A stretch of DNA of 64,000 bases from Paragordius varius. Taxonomy: Eukaryota > Animalia > Nematomorpha. Positions 37,701 through 52,182 of the stretch are shown here, piece after piece. The position numbers and the translations under genes are program-made. How positions within the stretch are numbered: position 1 is the stretch's first letter; each line of letters begins with the position of its first letter. Location of the stretch: assembly GCA_964247055.1 (NCBI GenBank), contig OZ176051.1, positions 13,206,001 to 13,270,000 of the forward strand, read 5' to 3'. Below the pieces are notes generated by a model that was not told the DNA's origin, made no database searches, and saw only the letters and a list, made by a program, of their open reading frames with translations.

Positions 37701-38613
37701 AATTAATTACAACTAACAATGCGAAACCTAAAAAACAAAAAATAACTAAATTTTTACTAAATTTGTTAAAAACCGCAATTTTTACCTGTCAAAATATGTA
37801 GTAATTAATTAACTAACAATGCAAAACCTAAAAAACAAAAAAAAACTAAATTTATACTAAATTTATTAAAAACCGCAATTTTTTATTATAATGTCCAAAA
37901 TATGTAGTAATTATATACAACTAACAATGCAAAACCTAAAAAACAAAGAAACTAAATTTTTACTAAATTTGTTAAAAGCCGCAATTTTTAACTGTATTTA
38001 TTAAAATGTCCAAAATATGTAGTAATTGATTACAATTAACAATGTTATATAAAAAACAAAAAAATTTAATTTGACTAAATTTAAAAACCGAATATTTACC
38101 TGATTAAAATGTCTGAAATACTTAAAAATTATTAATAATTAACAATGCAAGTAAAAGACAAAAATCTAAAATCTACTCAAATTTTCACAAATATATATTT
38201 ACCTGTTTTTAATTAATAACAACTATATAAAATTATAATACCAAGATTGATTAATACAGTTATTTAGCATGTTGAAAAATATTTATTATTAAATTTAGAT
38301 ATAATTAATATAAAATATCTTAAAATACGTATTTTACTATTCATTAATTTATCAAAGATAAAAACCCACAAAATTCCGCATCTAAATGCGTAACAACAAT
38401 ATTACAAATGTTAACATAAATTGCTATAATATTCTCAAAATTGAACATTACAAAATATCCATCAAATTAAAGCCTATGTTAATTCTCACGTCAATGCTCT
38501 TTCATATGTGTACTACGAAATAATTTCGTGGGTCAGTATTTTACGCATTGGATAAACCATTTATTTATTCGACTGGCAATAAACTTAATGAACATACAAT
38601 AAAATGCATACTG
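34704..38613. mobile_element. Giant foldback (palindromic) Tc1/mariner-type non-autonomous element, copy 1 (3910 bp)
   Basis: TA, CAGTATGCATTTTA ... TAAAATGCATACTG, TA. Inverted arms at about 34704-36494 and 36623-38613 around a ~130 bp spacer; ~115-bp tandem units inside the arms; no ORF. Confidence 0.9.
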
Positions 38614-39445
38614 TAACTTTATAATAATTAAATTATTTATGGATTCTAAAAGTCGTATATCCAAAAATTACAAAAGAATTTAATGTATACTATTTTTGCT
38701 ATAAAAATTTAATATCCTTCATTCTTACATTAAAAACTTAATTTATCATCAAATAATAGCTTTATGCCATTGGCATTTAAAATTTTGTTTTATTAATCTT
38801 TTGTGTGTTGCTAATAATTGCTTGCCTATTTTAGTATTATAAATATTCTCGTTAGAGTTGGAACAATTATTCGTCATATTGTCATTTTAAATTGGTTAAA
38901 GGTGTTTATATTTTACATATTTATTAGCATGTATGAGATGTTCCTTTTTAATGCTTACATATATGAGTGCAACATATATACGCTAACCCACACGCAAAAA
39001 ATTATTAACAATAGCATTTGTTACATATTAAATTTGTACCCTAATTCATTCTTCAGTTCTTAAAGATTATGATAACATTCGAAACTGACTAAATGTATGA
39101 TAAAAGTGCTATAATATAGCACTTTGATTTATATTAAAGTAACAGAAAAAGTGGTTTTTTGCATTATCTTTATATTTAGCTTTTGGACAGATTGGCTAAT
39201 TTACTATATGGTACAAGTTTTTTTATATAAATCTTTTTTATATTTCTTTTGATCCATGTTATGTACGAGCAAATTTTTGCAGATTTTAATTTATTCCATA
39301 TTGTTTGAAATATTTAATGTTAAACAGTCCTGGGGTCCCAACCCCAATTCGAATCAGAGGACTGAAATGAATGTGTTGTATCCAACTGTTAATTAAGCAA
39401 AGAGCACCAGATGCTCGCTTATAATTTGGAAATTTAATAAATATA

Positions 39446-39838
39446 TTTACCCTTGGATACAACACATTTTTATATCCTTAATTCACGTTGAATAACTAGT
39501 GACCCAAGCCAGTTTATATCAAATATTAAAAAAAAATTAAAATATTTAAAGATATTACCTTTCTAAAAAAACCTATCTGTTTTATTTATGTTCATGGCAT
39601 TTTAGTAAAAAATTATCTTTAATTTTAGCGTTAAAATAAAAAAACGTGATATCTTACAAAAATGTTCTAAAATTAAAATGGTGTAGAAGTAGTTAAATAT
39701 GGCGCTTTTATTTTAGTTTTATTTAAAGTAGAAGCATAAATTTAAAATTTAAAAACCGTCGCTTTGAGTAGTTTTTTAATAATATCCATTTAAAATGGTC
39801 TGGAGTCACTAGTTACACAAATATAAATCGAAGCGTTA
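39446..39838. mobile_element. piggyBac-like MITE, reversed and degenerate copy
   Basis: Begins ttacccttggatacaacacat (reverse of the family right end) and ends aatcgaagcgttag. Another right end lies at about 39330-39388, and further relatives at about 40880-41360 and 55670-56160. Confidence 0.55.
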
Positions 39839-40377
39839 GATTATGAACTGGATTTTCAACAAAATATTTCTTTATAAAATAAATTTTAACTCCACAACTT
39901 TAAAATTTAAATATATTATATAAATATTAGAGTAAATTAATATATATATATATATCGATCTATAATTAAATTTTATGGATATTAGTTAAAATTCTTGAAA
40001 CTATAATGAACTAATTTTTTAGTTAAGTTATATGTTAATTGTAATTATATAACAGAAATTAGGTTTTCAACAAAAGTTATATAATATATATGTTGATAAT
40101 AATTTTATTGGATATTAACCAGCTATCCAGACAAAACAAAAATAAATATTTAAAGCTGGCGATTTTTAATTGGCTAAAAATCGAGATGTTTATTGAAATA
40201 ATGTTACATATAATGGTAAACAAGCTAAAGAGCAGTATATATTTTTTGTATCACATTTTATTTTAATATTTTTTTAGTTCTTTTAATACAAGTAATATTA
40301 TTTTTGATAAAATTAATCATAGTTTAACATTTATATTATCATTTATTGTGATATATAGGGCAATTCCATAAAACGTT

Positions 40378-40432
40378 ATGAAGCTTTTTATCTGTTTTCT
40401 AACTCTGTTAGTTGTTTGTGCCGAATGTAAAG
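40378..40432 (+). CDS. Putative first exon encoding a signal peptide (MKLFICFLTLLVVCAECK)
   Basis: ATG-Lys-hydrophobic core-small residues, followed by an AG/GTTAGC donor. Downstream exons are uncertain. Confidence 0.5.
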
Positions 40433-42736
40433 GTTAGCGTTTATTTTATTATATACAATATATAACTATTTACATTTTATATAAGCACAAAAAATTATTA
40501 ATTTTGACCTGTTATAAATGCAGAGGCCATTCAGATAAGTCATTAAACCGTTTTAATTTGCTCATGTCAATAAGCCAACTAAAATTCATCCCATTTTTAT
40601 TAATAAATGCTTTTGAAATTTAAATTACCAAAATGGGGGCTTATTATTTCCATGCCATATAAAAAATTTGACTTGGGACAGTTAATTGCAATGGCCCTAA
40701 TAAATGATAATATTTGGCATTGGTAACCATAATGATTAAAATATCTTTATGAAATTATTTAAAAAAAAAGCACCGGATTATTGCATTTAGTATAATAAGT
40801 TGTTAAATAAATTTTTTATATGATTAACATTATATACTTTTGTATTTGTGGTTTTTATTTATTGGTTAGAGGGTAAATAACACAAATCCTTTGATTCAAA
40901 TCGGGTAACTAGTGACCCTAAAAATCGAATGTTTCCCATATCATGGAATGTAAACCATTGTAAATGTTAACACTCAATTAATATAAATGAATCGTAATAT
41001 AAAAACCATTTTCTAAAATCAATTTGATATAACTTATATTATGATAAAGACATAAGTAAAAATTTAGGCAACATGACATGAGTGCATTTGTTAAATATAA
41101 AATGCAAAATAAACCATCATTTCTGTTTAATAATCTTAGATGTCATTTTAATTGAATAATAACTTTATAATAAAACACAAAAATGTTGTAAAAAATGGCG
41201 TCAAAGTAGTTTGAATTGGAGCAAGCGAATTTTATTATATATTATGGCTTATTTTTTTATAGAATAGAAGCTTGAGTTATTGGAATCTCCTTCATTAGTT
41301 TTTTTTATAATATCAATTTAAATACGGTCGGGAATCACTAGTTACCCCAATTCATCAAAATGACAGCAAAAGATAGGTCATTTGAAATATTTTCTATAGC
41401 AAAAGCGTGTTCCTTAAAATAATAATAATTCAAACTGACTATTTTTTCGCTAAAAACGTTTTTTTATGAAACTGTTTACTTGTGAAAATAGAATATATTC
41501 AATTTAGGTCATCTATTATTTTTATAAAAAGATATTTGGCAGTATCGTTGTTATGTTATTGAAATGAAGTTTAAACAGTTAAAACATTGCTGGTATAAAA
41601 ACATGCTGAACCAACGGTTCCAGTCTAATCACAAAATTTGATTATCATATGTAATTTACTTCAATAGGGGAAAAAAATAATTACGATTGATATTCAATCT
41701 TTTACTAAAAGTTTGCTTGCTACCATTGTTCTTTGGTTACCTAAATTTTACGTTTATAACATAATAAAAATGGGTAAAAATTTTGATTCATATTTGAGTA
41801 ATGAAAATAAATACTAAAAAAATATTATTTTTAAAAATGATGAACGGTTCTATAAAAAAGCCTGTTGTATATATTCTTGCTTCCATTAAATTATTTTACA
41901 TTCCAAAAGATTTTTATATATTTGAAATAAAATAAGAAATAAAAATTCTGAATCGATGAACAAAATTACGCACTTGCCAACCAGATAAATCTAAAGCTAA
42001 ATTCAAATTTTTCCCCATATTTATAAAAATTGATATGAAAATAAATATATAAATACTTCTAACCTAGGGTAGTTTTATGGAGCCAAGATTTTAAAATTTG
42101 AAGATTTAAAAAAGTATATAAGATATTTGCCCAGATTTAAAAATATCCTTTCTCAACTTTTTATTTCAGAAGCATGCTTTAAAAATTTGAATTGTGTAAA
42201 AAATTGTAAAAATACCATCTAAACTCTTAGCCGCTATTTTGTTAATATTTTACATAATACATAAAAATTAGTGCAATATCCACTTTTTATGTTATATTAA
42301 TGTTAGTAGATGTAATTACTTTAATTTTAGCTTTAAAATCAAAGAACACGTTTGAAAAAATGTTAATAAAAATTGCGAAGCACTTTTCTATGGAGCTATA
42401 TTTCAAAACTAGGCTTATTTATAAAATTATTATTTGGCTAAAAGCGATTTTGGGGGCCGCCCTTGAAAAGGATTGTAGTATCAATTTAAATATTCTGGAT
42501 AATTGAAGATTTAAACAGCTAATGGCCAGGTCAGAAAAAGTAATAAATTTAAGCTCTCAATTACGTTTATACCTAATATATATATTTAAAATATGCTGTT
42601 TGGTTTAACTTTTTCCTAATTTTATACTCGAAAAAAACTTTATAAATCTACAGGAAAATACCGTTTATCTCAGTGCTGGCTTTATCACATTATATAGATT
42701 GGCAACACATAGCGTATGAAAATAACAAAATGTTAA

Positions 42737-42768
<32 letters not shown>

Positions 42769-43865
42769 TACATTACTTTGCTTATATTATTTAACATTCT
42801 GATTTTGTTTTCTTATACACTGCTGTCTGGTCAATTGACGAAATATAGTGTGAATAAGCCGCAATGCATCTTTTATATAAAATATTCTAAAATATTAATA
42901 GATTTTAAAAGAATATTATAAGTTTTTACAGTCATTTTAACTAATTTTATAATTACTCTCAAGAAAGACTGAGCCATATCAATTATAACATAATAATGGT
43001 GTGATATTGAGTTAAATTTATAAATATGCATCATATGGAATTTTTGTCCTATTACAAATAAAATTGAATGGGATAAAAAATTACTAATTTATTTGCTGAA
43101 TGCAAATTATAAATTTTACAAATTTATATTAAAATTGGAAATATAGGGAGTTATGTTTTGATCACTTTAATATTGAATATATATGGAAAAATTAAAATAT
43201 AATTAGCTCTATCAATATATTTAAAAATTATCATGGTGTTGAAATAATACATGTTATATGCAGACATTATTATTGTTTATATTTACATTTAGATCTGGAT
43301 TGTAAACCAAAAACAAAGAAAATGGAGGTTATTATAATATAAATAGCTTTTGTTAAAAAATTTACTATTTGACTGACAATCTAAATTCGTGACCAGAACT
43401 CTTCTTTGGTTTCAAATTTATAATAATTTATTGATTTAAAAAACCTTCTCCGTATTCTTGATGAAAAAACCGAGCTGCATTTGAAAAATACATGGCATTA
43501 ATATATATTTTATTAGATTTGAAACGTAAGATTTAAAAGAAATTCACGAATTCGGAAAGCGTATTAAGAAAATCAATTTAACTTAGACAAAAGGATCTTC
43601 TTTAAACTAAAATTTCATAATTTTGGCCAATGTTTCTCAAGTGTACTCCTGCTCTGAATTTTAATGCAATTTTTCTGGACACGTCCTTTGCATGATTTGA
43701 ATATGTTCCCTAAATAGAGCTCTATCATAAATATTTGAAAGTTAATATATATATATACATATATATTTGATTTTAATTTAAACATATAATCATTATAACT
43801 TAATTTTCGATTCAACTAAATTGGTTAAAATATGCATGGCAGGATTAAATGTATTATATGTATAA

Positions 43866-45250
43866 CACAGTGCGCACAAAAATACGAACATGAGTTTTAT
43901 CTAGAATAATAAGAAATCCCTTGGAAAATGAGACCCAAAAAATTTAGGGGCAAAAATGCGCCCCAAAATGGAAATCTTCCATTTTTTCATTTTTGACTAG
44001 AAATAGATTTTTGTCCATATTTTTAATATTATTGAGCATATGTAAAAAAAATTATTTGCAAAAACTCCATATTGTTATTATTATAGATGACTTATATTAA
44101 ATATACCAAAAAGTTGGTATGTCTAATAAAGGCTATCTATCTTTATAAGCCCCTCAAAAAATTTGTATTTTTTGAAATATTTTCGTTATTTTTATTTTAT
44201 TTTCCTCACATGCTTCTTGTTTAACAACAACATAAAGCCACAATTTTCAAATGCGAATACAGAAAAAGCCACCAAAACTTTAAAATTAAATTCCCATTAC
44301 ATTGTAAAAAAAGCTAAAAATTTATTGAATACAAATCCATTATCAGTTTTTCAGTATATGTAATCGTAATAATTGCTGTTTTGGACTTTTGTTTGATTTA
44401 AAATTTGAGCAATAGAGTTCCTAGAGATTATTAAAAAATGTCATAACAATTTTGGTGCAAGTATAATTCTATTTTGTAACTAAAATTATATGAAGAAAAT
44501 ATACGTGAAACTTAATCAACCATTAATAATTCTTTACAAATAAAATTTAATAAGTTAAATATGGTATTTAGCAGGTAACTATTTGATTAGCAAATAAAGC
44601 TATTTATATTTCCGATGCTGCCTTCTGCATATCAAAAGGTCTTTAATTAAATTTATTATATAGATTAAATAGTATATAAACATTCCAAAGTAATGTAATG
44701 AGAATCTCATAACTTTGAAGTTTTAATGGTTTTTTCTGTATTCGCATTTGAAGCGGCTTTATGTTATTATGAAACAATGAGAAGCATGTGAGGAAAATAA
44801 AATACAAATAACCAAAATATTCCAAAAAATACAAATATTTTGAGAAACTTAAAAAGTTACATAGCCTTTATCAGACATACCAACTCTTGGTATGTTTAAT
44901 ATAAGTCATAAACTCAAATAATAATAACAATATGGAGCTTTTACAAATAATTTTTCAATGTCATAAAATTTACGAATTTCTATTTTTGTGGAATTAAAAT
45001 TATTGATACTTTAAAGTATTTTTATGTATTTTTCTTAAGAATATATTAGGTTTATAATATAAAGTTTTATCGTGCTTTTGATCTATAAGTAAAAAATATG
45101 GACAAAAATCTATTTCTAGTCAAAAATGAAAAAATGGATGATTTACATTTTGGGGCGCATTTTTGCCCCTATTTTGGAGTCAAGGGATTTTTTTTTATTG
45201 TAGATAAAACTCATATTCATTTATTTTTTTAACCCCCTTTTTTGCCAGTG
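43866..45250. mobile_element. Transib-like palindromic non-autonomous element
   Basis: Starts CACAGTGCGCACAAAAATAC; long inverted arms (43880-44330 vs 44690-45220); the right terminus is degenerate. Confidence 0.65.
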
Positions 45251-46799
45251 CAATAGATAAGATAAAAGTTTTAATTGATAATAAGTAAATTATAACTTTA
45301 TAAATCTTCAACAATCTATTTCTATTGGAGTTTAATATCTTAGAGGGATTTTAATAAATATTTTAATATAAAAATTCCTTTAGCCCTTTACATTATACAA
45401 ATATTTTAATGTAAAACTGTAAAAATCGTCATCTCAAAAATTTTCGCAGCCATTTTTTAAATTATTAGAAAGGCAAATAAATGTTTATTATGCTTATGTA
45501 AATATTTAACTTTACAGGCTACATTTAGCAAAAACCTGATATTGATATTATTATTAGCTGTTCGTTTCAATCGTGTTTTGGTCCCAATTCTAGACTGAAG
45601 AAGTCATACTGTAAAAAATATAAAATAAACTATATAATACATGACAATGTTTGATAAATAAATTTTAACTAAAATAATTTTCAAAACTGTAGTTTATTTA
45701 GTATAATGAGTTTTGGGATATAAAACTACCCCAATATGTAAACTAGGACAAAAAAGTGAAAAGATTAAGAAGTTAAAATAATATAAAAATTGATTTCATT
45801 AAAAATAATCGAAGGCGTTCTTTTACAAAATCGCGACAGTTTTTAAAACTGAGTGTTGATAATATGGTAATGCATTAGATCAGGGTGAAGCTCTTCGAAA
45901 TACAAGATATTTGAATAAATCTACCAAATTCGAAATGAAAAAGCTAAAAATTAAAATGAAGTGGATTCTACAATCTTATGTTTGAAAAATAATTTTTGTT
46001 AATGCCCATTCAAATGCGGCTTGACGGATTTTTTGACCCAAAATGCGGCCTGCAAAGTCAATTATCGTGGGACCTGCATATTACCGCAAATGTTTTTATG
46101 AATGATAAATAGAAGTTGCAATCATTATTAGATGATTGATATCGATTTTAGTTACGGCTAAAAATATCTTGGTTCCATTACTTACATAAAACCTAATTTT
46201 ATTAATTTTTGCCAATAAATGCCAAGCTAAAAAAATATATTTATAAAGTATTAAATAATTTGATAACAATAAAGTTCTAATTACGATTAAATATATATAC
46301 CAGCAAAAAATATCATTATAGACACTAAAACCGTTCGAACCCTTTAGGAAACGGTTAACGAATTAATTTTAAATTTTTACAGGTCAAATTATTCGGTTTT
46401 ACAAAAAATACATATATTTACCCATAAATATTCAATTAATATATTCATTTATATGATTTAATATAATTTTTTATGTTTAGGAGTGTACTGTTAAGTAAGC
46501 CAATAACATTATAATTAAATACTATATCTTCTTACATAAACAATGGGCTATTTTATCAAATGAGGGATAAAAGTGATATAACTATTTTATTATTACAATT
46601 ATAAATCAGCTAAAATTAAATGTATTTATTGGGTGAATTTTCGATCACTACTAATAATTTTTGTCAACGTAAAAATAAAATTAAAATATAAACTAGAAAT
46701 TAAAGTATAAAGCAAAATTAAATAAAAAGTTTTTTTAGGGATAAACACTTACGCATTTATCAGCCATAATTAATATGCGGCGTATGTTTTAGAATATGA

Positions 46800-47085
46800 C
46801 CCATTCAAATCAAATTCACCCTTGAACAATCTAAATTCATCACCCTCAAACATTCAAATTTACCCTAAAAATAAATTATGTCTTTTGGTTAATATATCTT
46901 ATTATTTATGAAATATATCTTTGTCGCTTAGTTTATTATTTTTTCAGAATTATTTTAATCAAACTAAATTTTTTAAAAACATAAAAAAATATAATATTTA
47001 ATCTTAAACAACACATATAAGGTATATTTTAATTGTTTAAGGGTGAATATGAATTGTTAAAAGGTTGAGGTGTAAATGAAATATA
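46800..47085. mobile_element. Degenerate copy of the 21-bp-repeat MITE
   Basis: caaattcacccttgaacaa on the left and ttgtttaagggtgaatatgaa...tgtaaatg on the right. Confidence 0.6.
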
Positions 47086-47339
47086 TATAATGATTTGTCT
47101 ATGTTAAAAAATTAATATAATATCAAAGTTTGTAAATTTGTTTTAATTCAGTTATAATCTATATAATTTATATTTATGCATCAAGATGTTTTAATGAAGG
47201 TGGTTTTAATTAATAAATCGCATATTGAATTTCGATAAATTATTGCTCTACGGTTTGCGATTTATGAGCTATATAATAATTGCAAAAATAGTAAATTTAG
47301 AGCACATTATCATAACTTTTAATGGAGGCTAAAATAAAA

Positions 47340-47377
<38 letters not shown>

Positions 47378-50194
47378 TTTTTCTAACAATATAAATTTTG
47401 TACGGGGCCTAGAATCTACCTTTTTCTAAAGTTGTTGAGATAACGTGTATGTTTTGGATATATAAAGCAAAAAAGGTGGGCCGGCTATAAATATTTTTAA
47501 TATATAAATGGTCGCATCAAATTTAACTGTAGAATAATGTGACCAGATATTTTTGACGTAATACGAAATGAATCATATTATGCCCATTCTTAAACCAGAT
47601 GTTATATTTCTTAACTATTTTTACTGAGAATTGCTGCATTCATAACCGATTTCACCGGTTTAAAACTCATGTATAATAATACAAGTAGAAAATAACATTT
47701 TAACGAATTAAAATGGTTAATCTTAGAAAACGCAAAATGAACTATATTTTTTTACAACCTGTGATAATTTTTTTGTAAAAATAAAGAGTAAATATATAAA
47801 AGTAAATGCACTACAGGTGTAGTTTCGAATACCAGGTTATGTTCTGTGAAAAATAGTCTATCTGGTCATCTACTGTAAAAAAACTGCTTTCAAAAAGACA
47901 ATTTATCGGAAAATTTTATTGAAGCATATTTGGTGATTTTTCAAAAGCATATTATAATAAATATAAAAATATCCTATCAGCGGTTTAAATTTGTTCCAAA
48001 AATAGTTAAAGAAGTTTATTCACCACAAACGTTTATTCAAAATTTATTTTGTGCTTTCTTAATAAATAAATATGATAAAAAAATTCAGTTATATCGTAAA
48101 TTTAAATTTATTATATGTATATTAAAAATACTTAATATTTTTTTAATCGTGATGATAATGTTTTTCCATTAGATCATACAATCAAAAAAAACATAAAATA
48201 AGTAGTTTTCCGTTAAACTCAAATATCATATAAGCATAGTCTAGATTTCTTAATTATTTTGCATTATAGGATTTGTATAATATAGATAAAGGAGTTGCCA
48301 TTTCGTAGATGTATTTTTTAGTTTAGATTGGATAAGCAAAATAAACTGTGGCATTGATAGTTTATTTTTTTGGTCAGGTTTATTCACCTCCTTGACGCTC
48401 TTTTTTGTCATGGTACTCAAATTTTTTGGATACATTTAATATGGACAAAGTAAAAAGTCTCATTTTAATAAGTCATATGTCGGACATAGATATAACGGTA
48501 ATTTGTTAATTTCAAAATTTTCCCAATTAATTTGCAGATCATACTTCTTAACATATCAAACGTATTTATATACTTTACATTTTCTAATTTACAACTCGCT
48601 TGGCTTAAACCATGCTTGGTATCAGGACTGATTTATTGGTTTTAAGTTTAATGTAGTGATCATTACTAAGTTTTATCATATTCTTTATGTCTATCAAGTT
48701 TTTACATGGCGTGCTATTAGTCATATTGGTATAGTTAGATTTTTCTTTCATATCGATATTGATTTAGGATATTATAATGATCGCTTCTACATAACTATAA
48801 ACAAAGTATTTAAACATAAGTAAAGGTAAATGACGGATGATAATGTTTTGTAACAACAGTGGTTAAATCCGTAAAATAATGGTAAACGAAAATTAAAATG
48901 AAAATTAACTGACATCTTAGTTTCTCAGGTTGTCAGATACGTTTAATATATTGTGCGGGTAGTGGAGTGGTGATTTTAAATTACTGGCGATGATAATACC
49001 AAATTTGATGTTTTAATTCTAATATTAAAAAATTGGTAACTAGACTCATCTTCGATTCATTTCATTGTTCATTTGTACGCACTTGCATGTGCCATCTGTC
49101 GATATGCATAATTAAAATATATATAGAATTTATTTTTATGTTAATTTTGATATAAAAATTTGATAAAATGCATTCCAAATAGTGCCTTGCGACATTATCA
49201 AAGCCCTTAGATAAAATCAAACATATAAGGTTCATTTCAAAATTCTATTTTTTTTTTGAAAACGCAACATATATGAATTACCACATTTTTACGCCTGTAA
49301 TTTCTTGGTGTTGGACAGTTTGAGTTATATCCTGTCGTTACTCATAACATTATTAGATGCCTAGCAATATGGTTATTAAAGTTATAGTTTTATGGTTGTT
49401 AATGGTAGGATTCTCTTTAAAATGTTAATAAGTATAAATTTCTATCAATCTTTGTGGAAAAGGCGCAAGTGAGGATATCATTTGGAGCGATACGGATCAG
49501 TTATTGGATTAGAATGAGTGTGGAGAGTTTATTTGAGTAATGACTTATGGCTAATAGCATTAGGCATGAGCCTGCCTTAAAAATGATAAGCACATAGGTG
49601 AAAATATTTGTTGATGGTGGCACATGGGTTCCAAGACATGTGGATTTGTATAATATACAGTAATATTTTTGGTCATATAGGATTTTTGATTGGTCAAAAG
49701 GGTACTAAATCTAAAATATTTCGGCAAGTAGAAGATCTTTTTTATTTAATACATATTAATTTTATAAGATCAATCCGACTATTTAATGTGTGTGGAATAA
49801 AATTAAATGATAAAAGTGATGAAATAAAAATAGTATATTGTTTGATAAAACACTAAACATAAATTAACCGTTTTTTGTTGCCATATATAGATTTTGCAAA
49901 TCCCATATAATTAAATATTATAAACCATATGCTGTGACATTTTACAAATAATTTGACCAAATTTAAAAACAAATAGCCATTTATTTTATTTTTTATTATA
50001 AAAAATTAATCTTAACTGAATACTTCAATTATAATTATATGATTAACTTAGTGATTACATTTTATGGCGTGATATAACTAATTTTATTATCTATTTTAGA
50101 TCAACAGATGTTACAAGTGTCAAACTTCCGGAGATTAAAACATTGGTTGCGACCCTAAAGCTAAAAGGTTTGTCATCAGATTTATTTGTATAGA

Positions 50195-50411
50195 CACAGT
50201 ATGTGCATTAATGTTGGTTAGATTCACATTATTTTTGGCGTACCGTCAATGACGTAGCGTATGGGTAAAAAATAGCAAATGGCTGAAATTACAATCACTC
50301 CTATCTTACAACAACAACGAAATTAAATTTTTTATTTAATAATGGACAAAAATTGTTTTATATCATACGCTATTGTACCCATTGGCCACCAACGTTGATG
50401 TGCGCACTGTT
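50195..50411. mobile_element. Small Transib-like MITE (217 bp)
   Basis: Imperfect ~25-bp TIRs starting CACAGT and ending ACTGTT; 5-bp flanks ATAGA / ATAGT (4/5). Confidence 0.55.
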
Positions 50412-51553
50412 ATAGTAGTAATTACATAAATTAATATATATATATATATTAATATTTTTTTTATTCTAGAAACTGTAACAAAAATACCAATTCTTATACT
50501 TAGTAATGAGACACACTCAGCTGTTATGTTTGACAAAATACCGGTAATTTAATATAATTAATATTCGTTATTCATTCATTGTTTGATAACACTAGAAAAC
50601 AAATGACTAAGTTTAATTACCATTATTGTTAATTTAAAATTTTTTTCATTAAAGTACTTCTTAAATAGTATACCTGAAGAAAATGATTAAACCCTAGTTA
50701 GAATTTATCGATAATTTTTGCCGATTTAACTTTGAACTCAAAATTTTCAAAATTAAAAGTCTCAGATATAGAGCCATGTATTTTTTATCATTCGAAAGAA
50801 CGCAAAAAACTGTATCTTTCAAACGGCAGTTAGTCATTTAAATTTTTCTGATGTAGTTATTTTGGTTACATGGTAAAAAAATTTATCCCTTTAAATCTTT
50901 GAAAAATCTGGTTTCCTTTTTAATAAAAACTATTAATAAGAAAATTATCTAACTATAATGCATAGTTATAACTATATTATTATATATTTGTTAAAAAGAT
51001 CAACCTAAACTTAGTTTTTAGTCTTTAAAATTTGAAAATTATAAGCCTCCTAAAGAAAATAAATTAATATTGTTAAGATAGTAATTTTAAAACAAAAAAA
51101 CTTAAAAAATAGCTGTTTTGAATGACATATAAATAAATAGGTGTTTTAATCATAAAAACTTTATTGTGTTATCTTGGACTTTTATTGCCATCTATTATTT
51201 CCTTCTTTTGGTTTTAAAAATATATTAATTAAGAAAAACGCCCTCGCTTTACGGGTTTGTCTCATCTTCAATATTAACAAACGATGTAAAAAAACATATT
51301 AGTATACATTTTATAGATCTTACTTTTGAACGATATATTACAAATGGGCATTTATTGTACATTTTCAAAGAAAATATTTTTTGGTAAAAAAAATCAAATT
51401 ATACATTTTAGGGAAATTATAATTTTTATTTCAGATTTACTGTTAAAATTATAGTAAATATCAGATAATGCAAAAACTTAAGTGGCAAAAAATTTGTTGT
51501 CCAATTATATCTAAACGTTTTAATTTAATAATGTTATGAGCCACGCACATTAA

Positions 51554-52110
51554 CACTTCGTTCAAATTGGGTTATCTAAATACCCCAGACTAAATTTAAT
51601 TTATTATTTTGAAACTACTGAAGGAAACGGTTTCGATTTAGATTTATGCCTCTATCATAATTAAAATTATGGAAAAACCCAAAATATCTATATAAAATTT
51701 CGTTTTGAAAAAAAATTACATGTCAAACTACTTCGACGCCTTTATTTTACAAAATTTTTGCAAAATATCGTTATTTAATTCTAACGTTAAAATTAAAGGT
51801 ATTTTTTATTTAAATTACATCTAACATTGATTGAAATCAAAAAGATGATTTATTTTGTATTATTTTTCAATTTAGCCAATGCACACATGTTCCGTTGACT
51901 AAATTTTTATGTTTGGGTTTTATCCTAAAATAAGTAGTACAAGTGTTTTTGAATAAAACTTTTAATATATTTCAGTTTATTAATGTTATATAAGTGTAAA
52001 ATTTTGCCATGGTTTCTTTCCATATTTTTTAAGGATTTAATTTTAAACAGGCCTGGGGTAGCCAAATACCCCAATTTGAGTCGGAGGACTGAAATGAATG
52101 TTTTCAAGTG
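51554..52110. mobile_element. piggyBac-like MITE, copy 3 (best preserved)
   Basis: TTAA (51550-51553), CACTTCG ... CAAGTG, TTAA (52111-52114). Confidence 0.85.
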
Positions 52111-52182
52111 TTAAATGATAATATCTGGGCCATAAACAAAACATATTGTTCATTTGCAGGATATAAATTATTTGTAATTTAG

